DNA of 42,170 nt, from NCBI GenBank assembly GCA_902489375.1, contig CABTZP010000001.1, positions 1 to 42,170 of the forward strand. Reading direction: 5' to 3'. The position numbers were made by a program, and so were the translations under genes. The notes below the pieces were generated by a model. It searched no databases and was not told the DNA's origin. It saw only the letters and a list, made by a program, of their open reading frames with translations. How positions within the stretch are numbered: the first letter of the stretch is position 1; each line of letters starts with the position of its first letter. Below are positions 17,474 to 26,075 of this stretch, piece after piece. This stretch comes from an uncultured Tissierellia bacterium (GTDB lineage: Bacteria > Bacillota > Clostridia > Tissierellales > Peptoniphilaceae).

Positions 17474-18583
17474 ATGAAAATCCAAGTGATGCCACAGGAA
17501 ATGGTCAAATTTATTTCCATTAATCAAAGAGCCATTTCAACCAGAACGACCCTGCAGCTCCTCAAATGTATTCGTTTTGAGGCAGCTGATGATGAACTTT
17601 ATCTTCGTTCCACGGACAATGAATTGACGATCGAAAGTCACTTTCCTTGCCGGGTCATTGAACCGGGTGAAGTGATCATTCCCGCTGCCCTTATCGGGGA
17701 TATTTTTCGTAAGCTTCCTTCGGAGATGACCACCTTAACCGAAAAAATGGGAATGGTTACCATTACGTGCGGAGAGGTTCATTTTAATCTCCAGGCACCT
17801 TTAGTAGGAGAATTTCCTTCTTTGCCGGAAGTAAAAGAAGAAGAATGCACCCTTCTTTCCAATGAAGAGTTGATGCAATCCGTAAAGGAAACTGAATTTG
17901 CCGCTTCCCTGGATGATACCAAAGAAGCCATCACCGGCATTTTCTTTGATCAGCGGTCGGATCATATCCGGATGGTCGCTTTGGATGGGTATCGGCTAGC
18001 TGTAAAAAGGCTTTTGATGAAAAATCAAAAAGAACTTCCCGAATGTTCCTGCATTGTTCCGAAAAGAGCTTTTAATGAACTGATCCGGATGATTGACCCT
18101 CAGGAAAAAACATTCCTTCGGATTTTAGATGGCCATATCTACCTACAAAGCGGTTCTTTAAAAATGCTTTCCCGGACCATTGATCAGACCTATATCGAAT
18201 ACGAAGAAGTGATCACGGCCGAAAGTGCGAAAACCAAGGTCACCCTTTCCCGGCAGGCTTTGGTCAGCGCCCTGGAAAGAGCCTCGCTACTTTCTCGCGA
18301 GGATAAATCCAATCTTATTAAAATGAATTTTTCCGGCGATCAACTGCTGATTTCCTCGAATTCAGAACTGGGAAGCGTTGAGGAAACCCTGCCCTGCCAT
18401 CAAGAGGGAGAAGATCTTCTTATTGCTTTTAATGCCAAGTATATCTTAGAAGGAGTAAAAGCCTTTTCTTCTGACCGCCTTCTTTTGCATTTTGACGGGG
18501 AGCTAAATCCCTTGATCATTTACCCGGAAGAAGAGAAAAATTATCTCTATCTCGTCCTTCCCGTTCGCATAGCAGGTGAATAA
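17474..18583 (+). CDS. dnaN: DNA polymerase III beta sliding clamp
   Basis: 369 aa, in the canonical position after dnaA, with conserved three-domain clamp length and blocks (LDGYRLA, YLVLPVRI). Confidence 0.93.
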   Translation: MKIQVMPQEMVKFISINQRAISTRTTLQLLKCIRFEAADDELYLRSTDNELTIESHFPCRVIEPGEVIIPAALIGDIFRKLPSEMTTLTEKMGMVTITCGEVHFNLQAPLVGEFPSLPEVKEEECTLLSNEELMQSVKETEFAASLDDTKEAITGIFFDQRSDHIRMVALDGYRLAVKRLLMKNQKELPECSCIVPKRAFNELIRMIDPQEKTFLRILDGHIYLQSGSLKMLSRTIDQTYIEYEEVITAESAKTKVTLSRQALVSALERASLLSREDKSNLIKMNFSGDQLLISSNSELGSVEETLPCHQEGEDLLIAFNAKYILEGVKAFSSDRLLLHFDGELNPLIIYPEEEKNYLYLVLPVRIAGE

Positions 18584-18587
18584 ATCC

Positions 18588-18830
18588 ATGGAAATCGTAG
18601 AAATCAAAACGGAAACGATTCGTCTTGACCAGGCAATGAAACTTTCTGGCCATGTTGAATCCGGCGCAATGGCAAAATGGCTCGTTCAGGAAAAAAGGGT
18701 CATGGTCAATGAAAAGCCCTGTCTGATGAGGGGAAAAAAGCTTCGGTCCGGAGACCGAGTATCTTTTGAAGGCATTTGTTTTATCGTTCGACAAAGCGGG
18801 GATGCGTCAGAGAAGGAAGAAATTTTTTAA
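18588..18830 (+). CDS. yaaA: S4-domain RNA-binding protein YaaA
   Basis: Small ORF between dnaN and recF, as in Bacillus. It reads IRLDQAMKLSGHVESGAMAKWLVQEKRVMVNEKPCLMRGKKLRSGDRV, which looks like an S4-like fold. ATG 18588 is preferred over 18576 because 18576 overlaps the dnaN stop. Confidence 0.75.
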   Translation: MEIVEIKTETIRLDQAMKLSGHVESGAMAKWLVQEKRVMVNEKPCLMRGKKLRSGDRVSFEGICFIVRQSGDASEKEEIF

Positions 18831-18883
18831 AAGGAAAAGACGTTTTTTAAAGATTTCTTTCGAAAGGAAGAACAGAGGATGCC

Positions 18884-20059
18884 ATGAAACTAAAGCACCT
18901 TACCTTGATCAATTTTCGAAATTTTCCCTATCAGGAAATTGATTTTGATCCGAACTGGAATCTTTTTTATGGCCCGAATGCCCAAGGAAAGACCAACCTT
19001 TTGGAAGGAATTTATTTAGCTGCTCATGGAAGTTCGTTTAAAAAAGCGTCGGACAGGGAAATGATCCGTTTTGGAGAACGTTCGGCCTATGTAAAAGCCA
19101 CCATTGAAGAAAAAGAAAAAATCAAAGAGGTCGAAATTAAGCTTTCAAAAGTGGATCGAAAGAGAATCCGCATCAACCAAATCGAGGCGGAAAAAATAAA
19201 GGAACTCTCCAGCCAGTTTGAAGTCGTTTTTTTTTCCCCCCAAGATCTTCTTCTCGTAAAAGGAGGGCCCTCTCATCGAAGGTCTTACCTAGATGAATTA
19301 ATCAAAAACATCGATCCCCTGTATAATAAAGAGCTGAGGATCTATGAACAGGTGCTTTCTCAAAGAAATCAGTTTCTCAGACGTCCGGTCGATTCTTGGT
19401 ATGAAAGGCAGCTGGATATTTATGACGAGCAAATGGCGGAGGCGGCCAGTTTTCTTTTTTTAAAAAGAGCTTATGCCTCTTTTCTTGTCCAGCGATATGC
19501 GGATTATGCTTTAAAAAAGCTGACTTCTGGAAAAGAAAAGCTTTCTTTATCCTATCTTCCCGGTTTTTGCGAAGGAAAGGAAAAAGAAGAGCAGGAAGAT
19601 GAGCTCAAGCATGTCGATTTTCGTTCCTATACCCGAAATCCGGCATATTTGGGAACAATCAAAGGTCTTTTTCATGATAAAATTCTAGAGGAAAGAGCAA
19701 AAGATGAGCGTTTGGGCTTTAGCCAGTTTGGTCCGCACAAAGACGATCTTCTCCTTTTGATTAATGGTCTTTCCACCAGAAAATTTGCCTCCCAGGGGCA
19801 GGTGAGAACCCTTACCCTGGCTTTAAAGCTGGCTGAGTTAAAAATTATTGAAAGGGCAAAAAAAACAAAACCCATTCTCCTTTTGGATGATGTTTTTTCG
19901 GAGTTGGATCGAAAGCGATCGGCGGATCTTTTCGAAGCGATTTTTCCCTATCAAACGATGCTCACGGCCAATGAACCCTTCTTAGAAAACCGTTTTTCCG
20001 GTCAGACGAAGCGGGGGAAAAGGATGGGGGTTTTTCAGGGAAGGCTGATCGAAAAATAG
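18884..20059 (+). CDS. recF: DNA replication and repair protein RecF
   Basis: Walker A GPNAQGKTNLLEG, an SMC-like signature region (SQGQVRTLTLALKLAE) and Walker B LLLDDVFSELD. Confidence 0.92.
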   Translation: MKLKHLTLINFRNFPYQEIDFDPNWNLFYGPNAQGKTNLLEGIYLAAHGSSFKKASDREMIRFGERSAYVKATIEEKEKIKEVEIKLSKVDRKRIRINQIEAEKIKELSSQFEVVFFSPQDLLLVKGGPSHRRSYLDELIKNIDPLYNKELRIYEQVLSQRNQFLRRPVDSWYERQLDIYDEQMAEAASFLFLKRAYASFLVQRYADYALKKLTSGKEKLSLSYLPGFCEGKEKEEQEDELKHVDFRSYTRNPAYLGTIKGLFHDKILEERAKDERLGFSQFGPHKDDLLLLINGLSTRKFASQGQVRTLTLALKLAELKIIERAKKTKPILLLDDVFSELDRKRSADLFEAIFPYQTMLTANEPFLENRFSGQTKRGKRMGVFQGRLIEK

Positions 20060-20107
20060 AGTAAGAAAAGATTTCAGCAAAGCGGAAAACTTTTCAGGAA
20101 TAGAAAG

Positions 20108-22039
20108 TTGAGAACAGAAAAAAATATGCCAGTTAAGAAGGTTAATTACGGAGAATCGAATATTCGCGTTTTGGAAGGGCTAGAGGCCGTTCGGGTTCGT
20201 CCGGGCATGTATATCGGCTCTACCGGCGAAAGGGGTCTTCACCATTTGGTTTACGAGGTGGTTGATAATTCCGTTGATGAGGCCTTAGCCGGACGGTGTG
20301 ATCACATCACCATTGAATTATTTCCGGACGGCGGCTGCCGAGTAACCGATAATGGTTCTGGAATTCCGGTTGAAATTCACCATCAGACTAAAAAATCAAC
20401 CCTGGAAACCGTGATGACCATTCTTCATGCCGGTGGAAAATTTGATTCCTCCGCCTACAAATTTTCGGGTGGCCTTCACGGTGTCGGGGTTTCCGTTGTC
20501 AATGCCTTATCCAAAAGAATGGATGTCTGGGTTCATCGGGAGGGATTTGAATTTCATCAGGCCTATGAAAAAGGAAAGGCAGTCACCGAGCTTGAAAAAG
20601 GAAAAAAAGTAAACGATACGGGCACATCCATCCTTTTTTATCCGGATGATGCGATCTTTGAAACCATTTCCTTTGATCATCAGATTTTAGCGGATCGATT
20701 CCGGGAAATTTCCTATTTAAACGCCGGCGTTCATTTTCAGCTGATTGACCATCGCAATGACTATGACGAAAGTTTTTATTCCAAGGGGGGCATTTCTGAA
20801 TTTGTCAGCTTTTTAAATCGAAATAAGGATCCTCTTTTCAGTCAGGTTCTTCATTTTGAAGGAGTTCAGGAAGAGATTCAAATTGACATCGCCTTCCAGT
20901 ATACGACAGGTTATTCTGAGCTAGTATTAGCCTTTGCCAATAATATCCTCACCCCTGAAGGGGGCACACACCTTACCGGTTTTCGATCGGCCTTAACGAA
21001 GTCACTAAATGACTATGGCCGAACCTATAACATTATGAAAGAAAAAGATGAGAATTTAACCGGGGATGATGCCCGAGAAGGTCTTACCGCCGTCGTCTGC
21101 GTCAAGCTTTCCAATCCGCAGTTTGAAGGCCAAACTAAGGCGAAACTTGGAAATTCTGAAGTTCGGGGAGCTATGGATGCCTTCTTTTCCGAGAAGATTT
21201 CGGCTTTCTTAGAAGAAAATCCAAAGATTGGAAAAACGATTCTGGAAAAGGCCCTTTCCTCTCAAAGGGCCCGGCAGGCTGCCCGAAAGGCTAGAGATCT
21301 TAGCCATAAGAAAAATATGCTCGATTCGATGACACTTCCGGGAAAGCTGGCCGATTGTCAGTCGAATAATATTGAAGAAAATGAAATCTTTCTGGTCGAG
21401 GGAGATTCCGCCGGCGGTTCAGCGAAAACGGGTCGTGACAATAAATTTCAGGCGATTCTTCCCCTGCGTGGAAAAATTTTAAATGTTGAAAAAGCTTCAA
21501 TCAATCACATCCTCTCCTATGAAGAAATTCAGGCCATGATCACCGCTTTTGGCACGGGAATTGGGGAAGCCTTTGATATTTCCAAGCTTCGCTATGGAAA
21601 AATTATCATTATGACGGATGCTGATGTGGATGGAGCCCATATCCGGACTTTGCTTTTGACTTTCTTTTATCGGTATCTGAAACCGCTCATTGACGGAGGT
21701 CATATTTATATTGCCCAGCCCCCTCTTTACCGGGTAGTCAAAGGAAAGAAAGAAAGGTATGCCTATGATGAAAAAGAATTGGAAAAAGTCACGGCCGGCC
21801 TTCCAAAAGATTCCTACAAGATTAACCGGTATAAGGGTCTTGGAGAAATGAATGATGATCAGTTATGGGAGACAACGATGAATCCGGACCATCGTTTGCT
21901 TCTTCAGGTTTATGAAGATCCTGAATCAACAACCACCGATGACACCTTTTCCCTGCTCATGGGCGATAAAGTTCCTCCTCGAAGAGAATTCATCGTGACA
22001 AACGCCAAGCTTGCGGAAAATATTGATACGATTGGTTAA
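20108..22039 (+). CDS. gyrB: DNA gyrase subunit B
   Basis: LEGLEAVRVRPGMYIG, a GHKL ATPase N-box (EVVDNSVDEA), Toprim EGDSAGG and PLRGKILNVE. The start is either TTG 20108 or ATG 20126. Confidence 0.95.
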   Translation: MRTEKNMPVKKVNYGESNIRVLEGLEAVRVRPGMYIGSTGERGLHHLVYEVVDNSVDEALAGRCDHITIELFPDGGCRVTDNGSGIPVEIHHQTKKSTLETVMTILHAGGKFDSSAYKFSGGLHGVGVSVVNALSKRMDVWVHREGFEFHQAYEKGKAVTELEKGKKVNDTGTSILFYPDDAIFETISFDHQILADRFREISYLNAGVHFQLIDHRNDYDESFYSKGGISEFVSFLNRNKDPLFSQVLHFEGVQEEIQIDIAFQYTTGYSELVLAFANNILTPEGGTHLTGFRSALTKSLNDYGRTYNIMKEKDENLTGDDAREGLTAVVCVKLSNPQFEGQTKAKLGNSEVRGAMDAFFSEKISAFLEENPKIGKTILEKALSSQRARQAARKARDLSHKKNMLDSMTLPGKLADCQSNNIEENEIFLVEGDSAGGSAKTGRDNKFQAILPLRGKILNVEKASINHILSYEEIQAMITAFGTGIGEAFDISKLRYGKIIIMTDADVDGAHIRTLLLTFFYRYLKPLIDGGHIYIAQPPLYRVVKGKKERYAYDEKELEKVTAGLPKDSYKINRYKGLGEMNDDQLWETTMNPDHRLLLQVYEDPESTTTDDTFSLLMGDKVPPRREFIVTNAKLAENIDTIG

Positions 22040-22050
22040 GGAAGAGACCT

Positions 22051-24513
22051 ATGACAGAAGAAACAAAAAGAAACGATATTTTACCCATTGACCTGGAAAA
22101 GGTCATGAAAAGTTCCTATCTGGACTATTCAATGTCGGTTATCATTGGCCGAGCCTTACCGGACGTACGGGACGGATTAAAGCCGGTTCACCGAAGAATC
22201 CTCTATGGAATGAGTCAGTTGGGCTTGACAGCAGATAAACCCTACCGAAAATCCGCTCGATTGGTCGGTGATGTTATGGGCCGCTTTCATCCCCACGGCG
22301 ATTCTGCGATTTATGATGCTGTTGCCCGGCTTGCCCAGCCCTTTAATACTCGCTATCTTTTGGCGGATGGTCAGGGAAACTTCGGTTCTATTGATGGGGA
22401 CCGGCCGGCCGCGATGCGGTATACAGAAGTGCGAATGACCCGCTTAGCCCAGGAGATGCTTCGGGACATCAATAAAAATACAGTTGATTTTCAGCCCAAC
22501 TTTGATGAAGAAGAGCTGGAGCCAGTCGTTTTACCGGCTCGTTTCCCGAATCTTTTAGTCAACGGATCGGCAGGCATTGCCGTCGGCATGGCAACGAACA
22601 TGGCCCCTCATAATCTTGGGGAAACCATCGATGCCTGTATTGCCTATATGAAAGACCCCGACTGCTCCACAGAAAAACTAATGACTTATCTACCCGGGCC
22701 GGATTTTCCGACCGGAGCCCAAATCATGGGAAAAAGCGAGATCAAAAAAGCCTATGAGACGGGAAAGGGAAAATTAAAATTACGAGCGGTCGCGAGAATT
22801 GAAGAAAGTAAAAATCGTTATCGGATTGTCATTAGCGAAATTCCTTATCAGGTCAATAAAGCCAAGCTCATAACGGATATCGCGAAACTGGTCCGGGAGA
22901 AAAGATTGGAAGGCATTTCGGATGTCCGCGATGATACCAACCGGACAGGAATGCGGATTATTGTCGAGTTAAAAAGAGATGCCATTCCGAAAGTGGTTTT
23001 AAATAACCTCTATAAAAACACCCAAATGGAGACAACTTTTGGGATTATTAACCTTGCCCTGGTAGATGGTCAGCCTAAAATTCTTTCTTTAAAGGACCTG
23101 ATTCGCTATTACGTTTCCCATCAGGAAGAGGTTGTGACAAGAAGAACTCAGTATGACCTGGAAAAGGCAGAAGCCCGTGCCCATATCATTGAAGGCCTAA
23201 AAATTGCCCTGGATCATATCGATGAAATTATCCGCATCATCCGCTCTTCCTATGACAGTGATGAAATCAAGAAGATATTTCTTGAAAAATTCGGTCTGGA
23301 TGATCTTCAGTCTCAGGCGATTTTGGATATGCAGTTAAAGCGGCTTTCCGGCTTGGAAAGAGAAAAATTGGATGAAGAATATGAAGAGCTTCTTAAGAAA
23401 ATCGCTCGTTTCCGGGAAATTCTTTCTTCGAAAAGAGTGCTCTATCAGGCTATTGAGCAGGAGATGGAAGAAATCAAAGAAAAATATGGAGATGAACGAA
23501 GAACGAAGATCATGCCGGCGGTGGATGAGCTTTCCATTGAAGATTTGATCAAAGAAGAGGCGATCGTCATTTCTATGACCCAGAAGGGATACATCAAAAG
23601 AACCCCGGTCAGTGAATATAAGGTTCAGCGAAGGGGCGGAAAGGGAATCCGGGGAATGACGACCCAGGAAGATGATTATGTGAAGCATCTTTTTGTCGTC
23701 TCTTCCCATGACACGATCTTATTCTTTACGAACTTTGGGACGGCGTATCATCTTAATGCTTATGAGATTCCGGAAGGTTCTCGGACGGCAAAGGGTCAAA
23801 ATATCATCAATCTCTTGCAGCTGGAGCCGGAGGAGAGGGTTGAGGCCATGTTCCCGGTCAAGGAAGATGACAGGGATGAAAATTCTTATTTTGTCATGGT
23901 CACAGCCCAGGGAATTCTCAAAAAGACCGCAGTCAGCCTCTTTAAAAACATCCATGCCAAGGGCATTCGGGCGATTCGTCTGGCCGAGGGCGATGAACTT
24001 CGCCTGGTCCGCATAGGCCGGGAAGAGGATGAGGTTTTCATGGTCACCAAACTGGGCATGGCCATCCACTTTAGCCTAAAGGATATTCGTCCCATCAGCC
24101 GAGATGCGATGGGGGTAAAAGGAATCCGCTTGGATCTAAAAGATCAGGTAATTGATACGGATATTGTTGGCGATAATGAATATGTCCTTTGTGTTACCGA
24201 ATCGGGTTACGGAAAAAAGACCCATATCGATCAGTATAACTTGCAAAATCGTGGAGGAAAGGGCTTAATTACCTATAGGATCACGAAAAAAACAGGACCT
24301 TTAATTGCGGCCTGTCTGGTCAGAGAAGACGATGAAGTTCTTTTGATGAGCCAAAATAATGTCCTGATTCGGCTTAACGTCCAGGATATTTCGACGATCG
24401 GCCGATCAACCCAAGGGGTTAAGCTCAAAGAAGTTGTCAATGAAAGCGACCGGGTAGTCGCTGTTGCAAAATACATTGAAGAGCTGGACGAAGAAAATAA
24501 GGAGAACCAATAA
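22051..24513 (+). CDS. gyrA: DNA gyrase subunit A
   Basis: DGLKPVHRRILY, the QRDR region HPHGDSAIYD, the active-site AAMRYTE, and a C-terminal beta-pinwheel with a GyrA-box-like QRRGGKG. Confidence 0.95.
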   Translation: MTEETKRNDILPIDLEKVMKSSYLDYSMSVIIGRALPDVRDGLKPVHRRILYGMSQLGLTADKPYRKSARLVGDVMGRFHPHGDSAIYDAVARLAQPFNTRYLLADGQGNFGSIDGDRPAAMRYTEVRMTRLAQEMLRDINKNTVDFQPNFDEEELEPVVLPARFPNLLVNGSAGIAVGMATNMAPHNLGETIDACIAYMKDPDCSTEKLMTYLPGPDFPTGAQIMGKSEIKKAYETGKGKLKLRAVARIEESKNRYRIVISEIPYQVNKAKLITDIAKLVREKRLEGISDVRDDTNRTGMRIIVELKRDAIPKVVLNNLYKNTQMETTFGIINLALVDGQPKILSLKDLIRYYVSHQEEVVTRRTQYDLEKAEARAHIIEGLKIALDHIDEIIRIIRSSYDSDEIKKIFLEKFGLDDLQSQAILDMQLKRLSGLEREKLDEEYEELLKKIARFREILSSKRVLYQAIEQEMEEIKEKYGDERRTKIMPAVDELSIEDLIKEEAIVISMTQKGYIKRTPVSEYKVQRRGGKGIRGMTTQEDDYVKHLFVVSSHDTILFFTNFGTAYHLNAYEIPEGSRTAKGQNIINLLQLEPEERVEAMFPVKEDDRDENSYFVMVTAQGILKKTAVSLFKNIHAKGIRAIRLAEGDELRLVRIGREEDEVFMVTKLGMAIHFSLKDIRPISRDAMGVKGIRLDLKDQVIDTDIVGDNEYVLCVTESGYGKKTHIDQYNLQNRGGKGLITYRITKKTGPLIAACLVREDDEVLLMSQNNVLIRLNVQDISTIGRSTQGVKLKEVVNESDRVVAVAKYIEELDEENKENQ

Positions 24514-24522
24514 GGAGGATCT

Positions 24523-24849
24523 ATGTCTTTTCATATGAAATTGGAACAAACAGAGGAGAAGATCCTCGTGATTTTGGAGGGTGATCTGGATATCAACTCT
24601 TCGCCGGAACTAAAAGAAGCAGTGATCAGGGCTTTTGAAAAATCGCCAAAAGAAATTGTTTTTGATTTTTCCCAGTTGGACTATTTGGATTCAACGGGCT
24701 TAGGGGCTTTAATGGCGATCTTTAAAGTGGCAAAAAAAGAGGGCTATTCCCTTCGCATTCGCAATGCGAAGAAAAATGTCCGAAAACTTTTTACGATTAC
24801 CGAACTAGATAAGGAATTTATCATGGAGGATCCGGATGCAGACCGTTAA
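24523..24849 (+). CDS. STAS-domain anti-sigma-factor antagonist (RsbV/SpoIIAA-like)
   Basis: 108 aa. DYLDSTGLGALM matches the RsbV phospho-serine motif (YMDSTGLG). It starts 9 nt after the gyrA stop, with an AAGGAGGA RBS. Confidence 0.85.
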   Translation: MSFHMKLEQTEEKILVILEGDLDINSSPELKEAVIRAFEKSPKEIVFDFSQLDYLDSTGLGALMAIFKVAKKEGYSLRIRNAKKNVRKLFTITELDKEFIMEDPDADR

Positions 24850-25171
24850 ATTGACGATTCCTTCTCAGCCTGAATATGTGACTACCCTTCGCCTGGTTAC
24901 CGCATCCCTGGCAAGGGGGATGGACTTTGATTATGAAGCCGTGGAAGATTTACGGGTTTGCGTTTCAGAGCTGGTGAATTACCTTTTACCTTTTAATGAG
25001 AAACTCAAAGTGATTTTCGAAGAAGAAAAGGACTGCATGAAAATTCGAATCAAAGCGGAAATGAAAGACGAAAAAAGTTCAGCCGCCCAAATGAGTCGGA
25101 TGATCCTGGAAAGTTTAATGGATGAAGTTTCTCGCGGCAAGGATGGCATTTATCTGGTAAAACACCGCTAA
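24836..25171 (+). CDS. Truncated RsbW/SpoIIAB-like anti-sigma factor lacking kinase G-boxes
   Basis: 111 aa. The N-terminal half IPSQPEYVTTLRLVTASLARGMDFDYEAVEDLRVCVSELVNYL aligns closely with B. subtilis RsbW as I recall it ([44 protein letters not shown]). The C-terminal ILESLMDEV aligns with RsbW LMETLMDEV. The G1 motif (DEG) reads AEMKD, the G2 motif (GGLGL) reads AAQMSRM, and roughly 35-50 aa of the ATP-lid region are missing. Confidence 0.7.
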   Translation: MQTVKLTIPSQPEYVTTLRLVTASLARGMDFDYEAVEDLRVCVSELVNYLLPFNEKLKVIFEEEKDCMKIRIKAEMKDEKSSAAQMSRMILESLMDEVSRGKDGIYLVKHR

Positions 25172-25181
25172 AGGAGATGGC

Positions 25182-26006
25182 ATGGCCAAGGCAAAAAAGA
25201 AAAAAACCGAAAAGCAGGAGAAAAAAGCGACGGAAGAAGCTGAATTTCTTGAGCTGAGAAAAACAGGCGACCCAAAGCTGAGAAATAAGATCATCACCGA
25301 TCATCTCTATATTGCGGAAATTTTGGCAAAGAAATACCTGAACCGGGGCATCGAATATGATGATCTTTTTCAGGTTGCCTCAATTGGTCTGATTTATGCG
25401 GTCGATCGCTATGATGTCAGCAAGGGCTATGCTTTTTCTTCTTTTGCAACGCCGACCATCATCGGAGAAATCAAGAGACATTTTCGAGACAAGGGCTGGG
25501 TGATCCGGGTACCGCGCAGAATTCAGGAACTTTCAAAAAAAATCAATCTGGCGCGAAATATTCTTTCCCAGGAACTTCAAAGACAGCCTACCGTAGATGA
25601 TATTGCCGAATATCTCAATGTCTCTGTAGAAGAAGTTCTGGAAGCGATGGAGGCTTCTCAGGTTTATTCTCCCCAATCCCTGGACAAGTCCTTTGACCTG
25701 GGTGCGGATGATCGGGAAATGAGTTTGGCCGATGTTCTGGGTCAAGAAGATGAAGGCTTCGAAGACATTGATTTTTATGACGTCGTTGAAAAACTAACGG
25801 GTCATCTTAATGATCTCGAAAAGAAAATTTTTTACTACCGGTATTACGATAAAAGAACCCAGATTTCCATTGCTGAGGAACTCAATGTTTCTCAGATGAC
25901 GGTATCGCGCATTGAAAAAAAGATCATTCAAAAGTTTCGCGATGCCCTAAATATCAGTCCGAAGGATTTAAAAAAATCCAAATCAAAGACTCATTTGACG
26001 AGCTAA
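25182..26006 (+). CDS. Group-3 sigma-70 family factor, SigB/SigF/SigG subfamily (most SigB-like)
   Basis: Region 2 reads [58 protein letters not shown]. Region 3 reads [22 protein letters not shown]. Region 4 reads [21 protein letters not shown]. The closest match I recall is B. subtilis SigB ([30 protein letters not shown]). Confidence 0.85.
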   Translation: [274 protein letters not shown]

Positions 26007-26011
26007 AACGG

Positions 26012-26032
26012 GAAAAGGGCCTTTTCTTTTTT
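26012..26032 (+). terminator. Weak candidate terminator after the sigma gene
   Basis: GAAAAG-GGC-CTTTTC (6-bp AT-rich stem, 3-nt loop) followed by TTTTTT. The predicted stability is marginal. Confidence 0.3.
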
Positions 26033-26075
26033 AAGAAGGGCGCTTTTTTAAAAAGAGAAAAAGAGCGGAGGATCC

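Noticed and set aside
24523-26006. Interpretation as the sporulation spoIIAA-spoIIAB-sigF operon
   Set aside because: The sigma factor's regions 2-3 resemble SigB more than SigF as I recall them. The middle protein lacks the SpoIIAB kinase motifs. No other sporulation-specific genes are visible around it beyond the generic spoIIIJ/jag/spo0J homologues. I therefore call it a SigB-type module, without asserting a stress or sporulation role.
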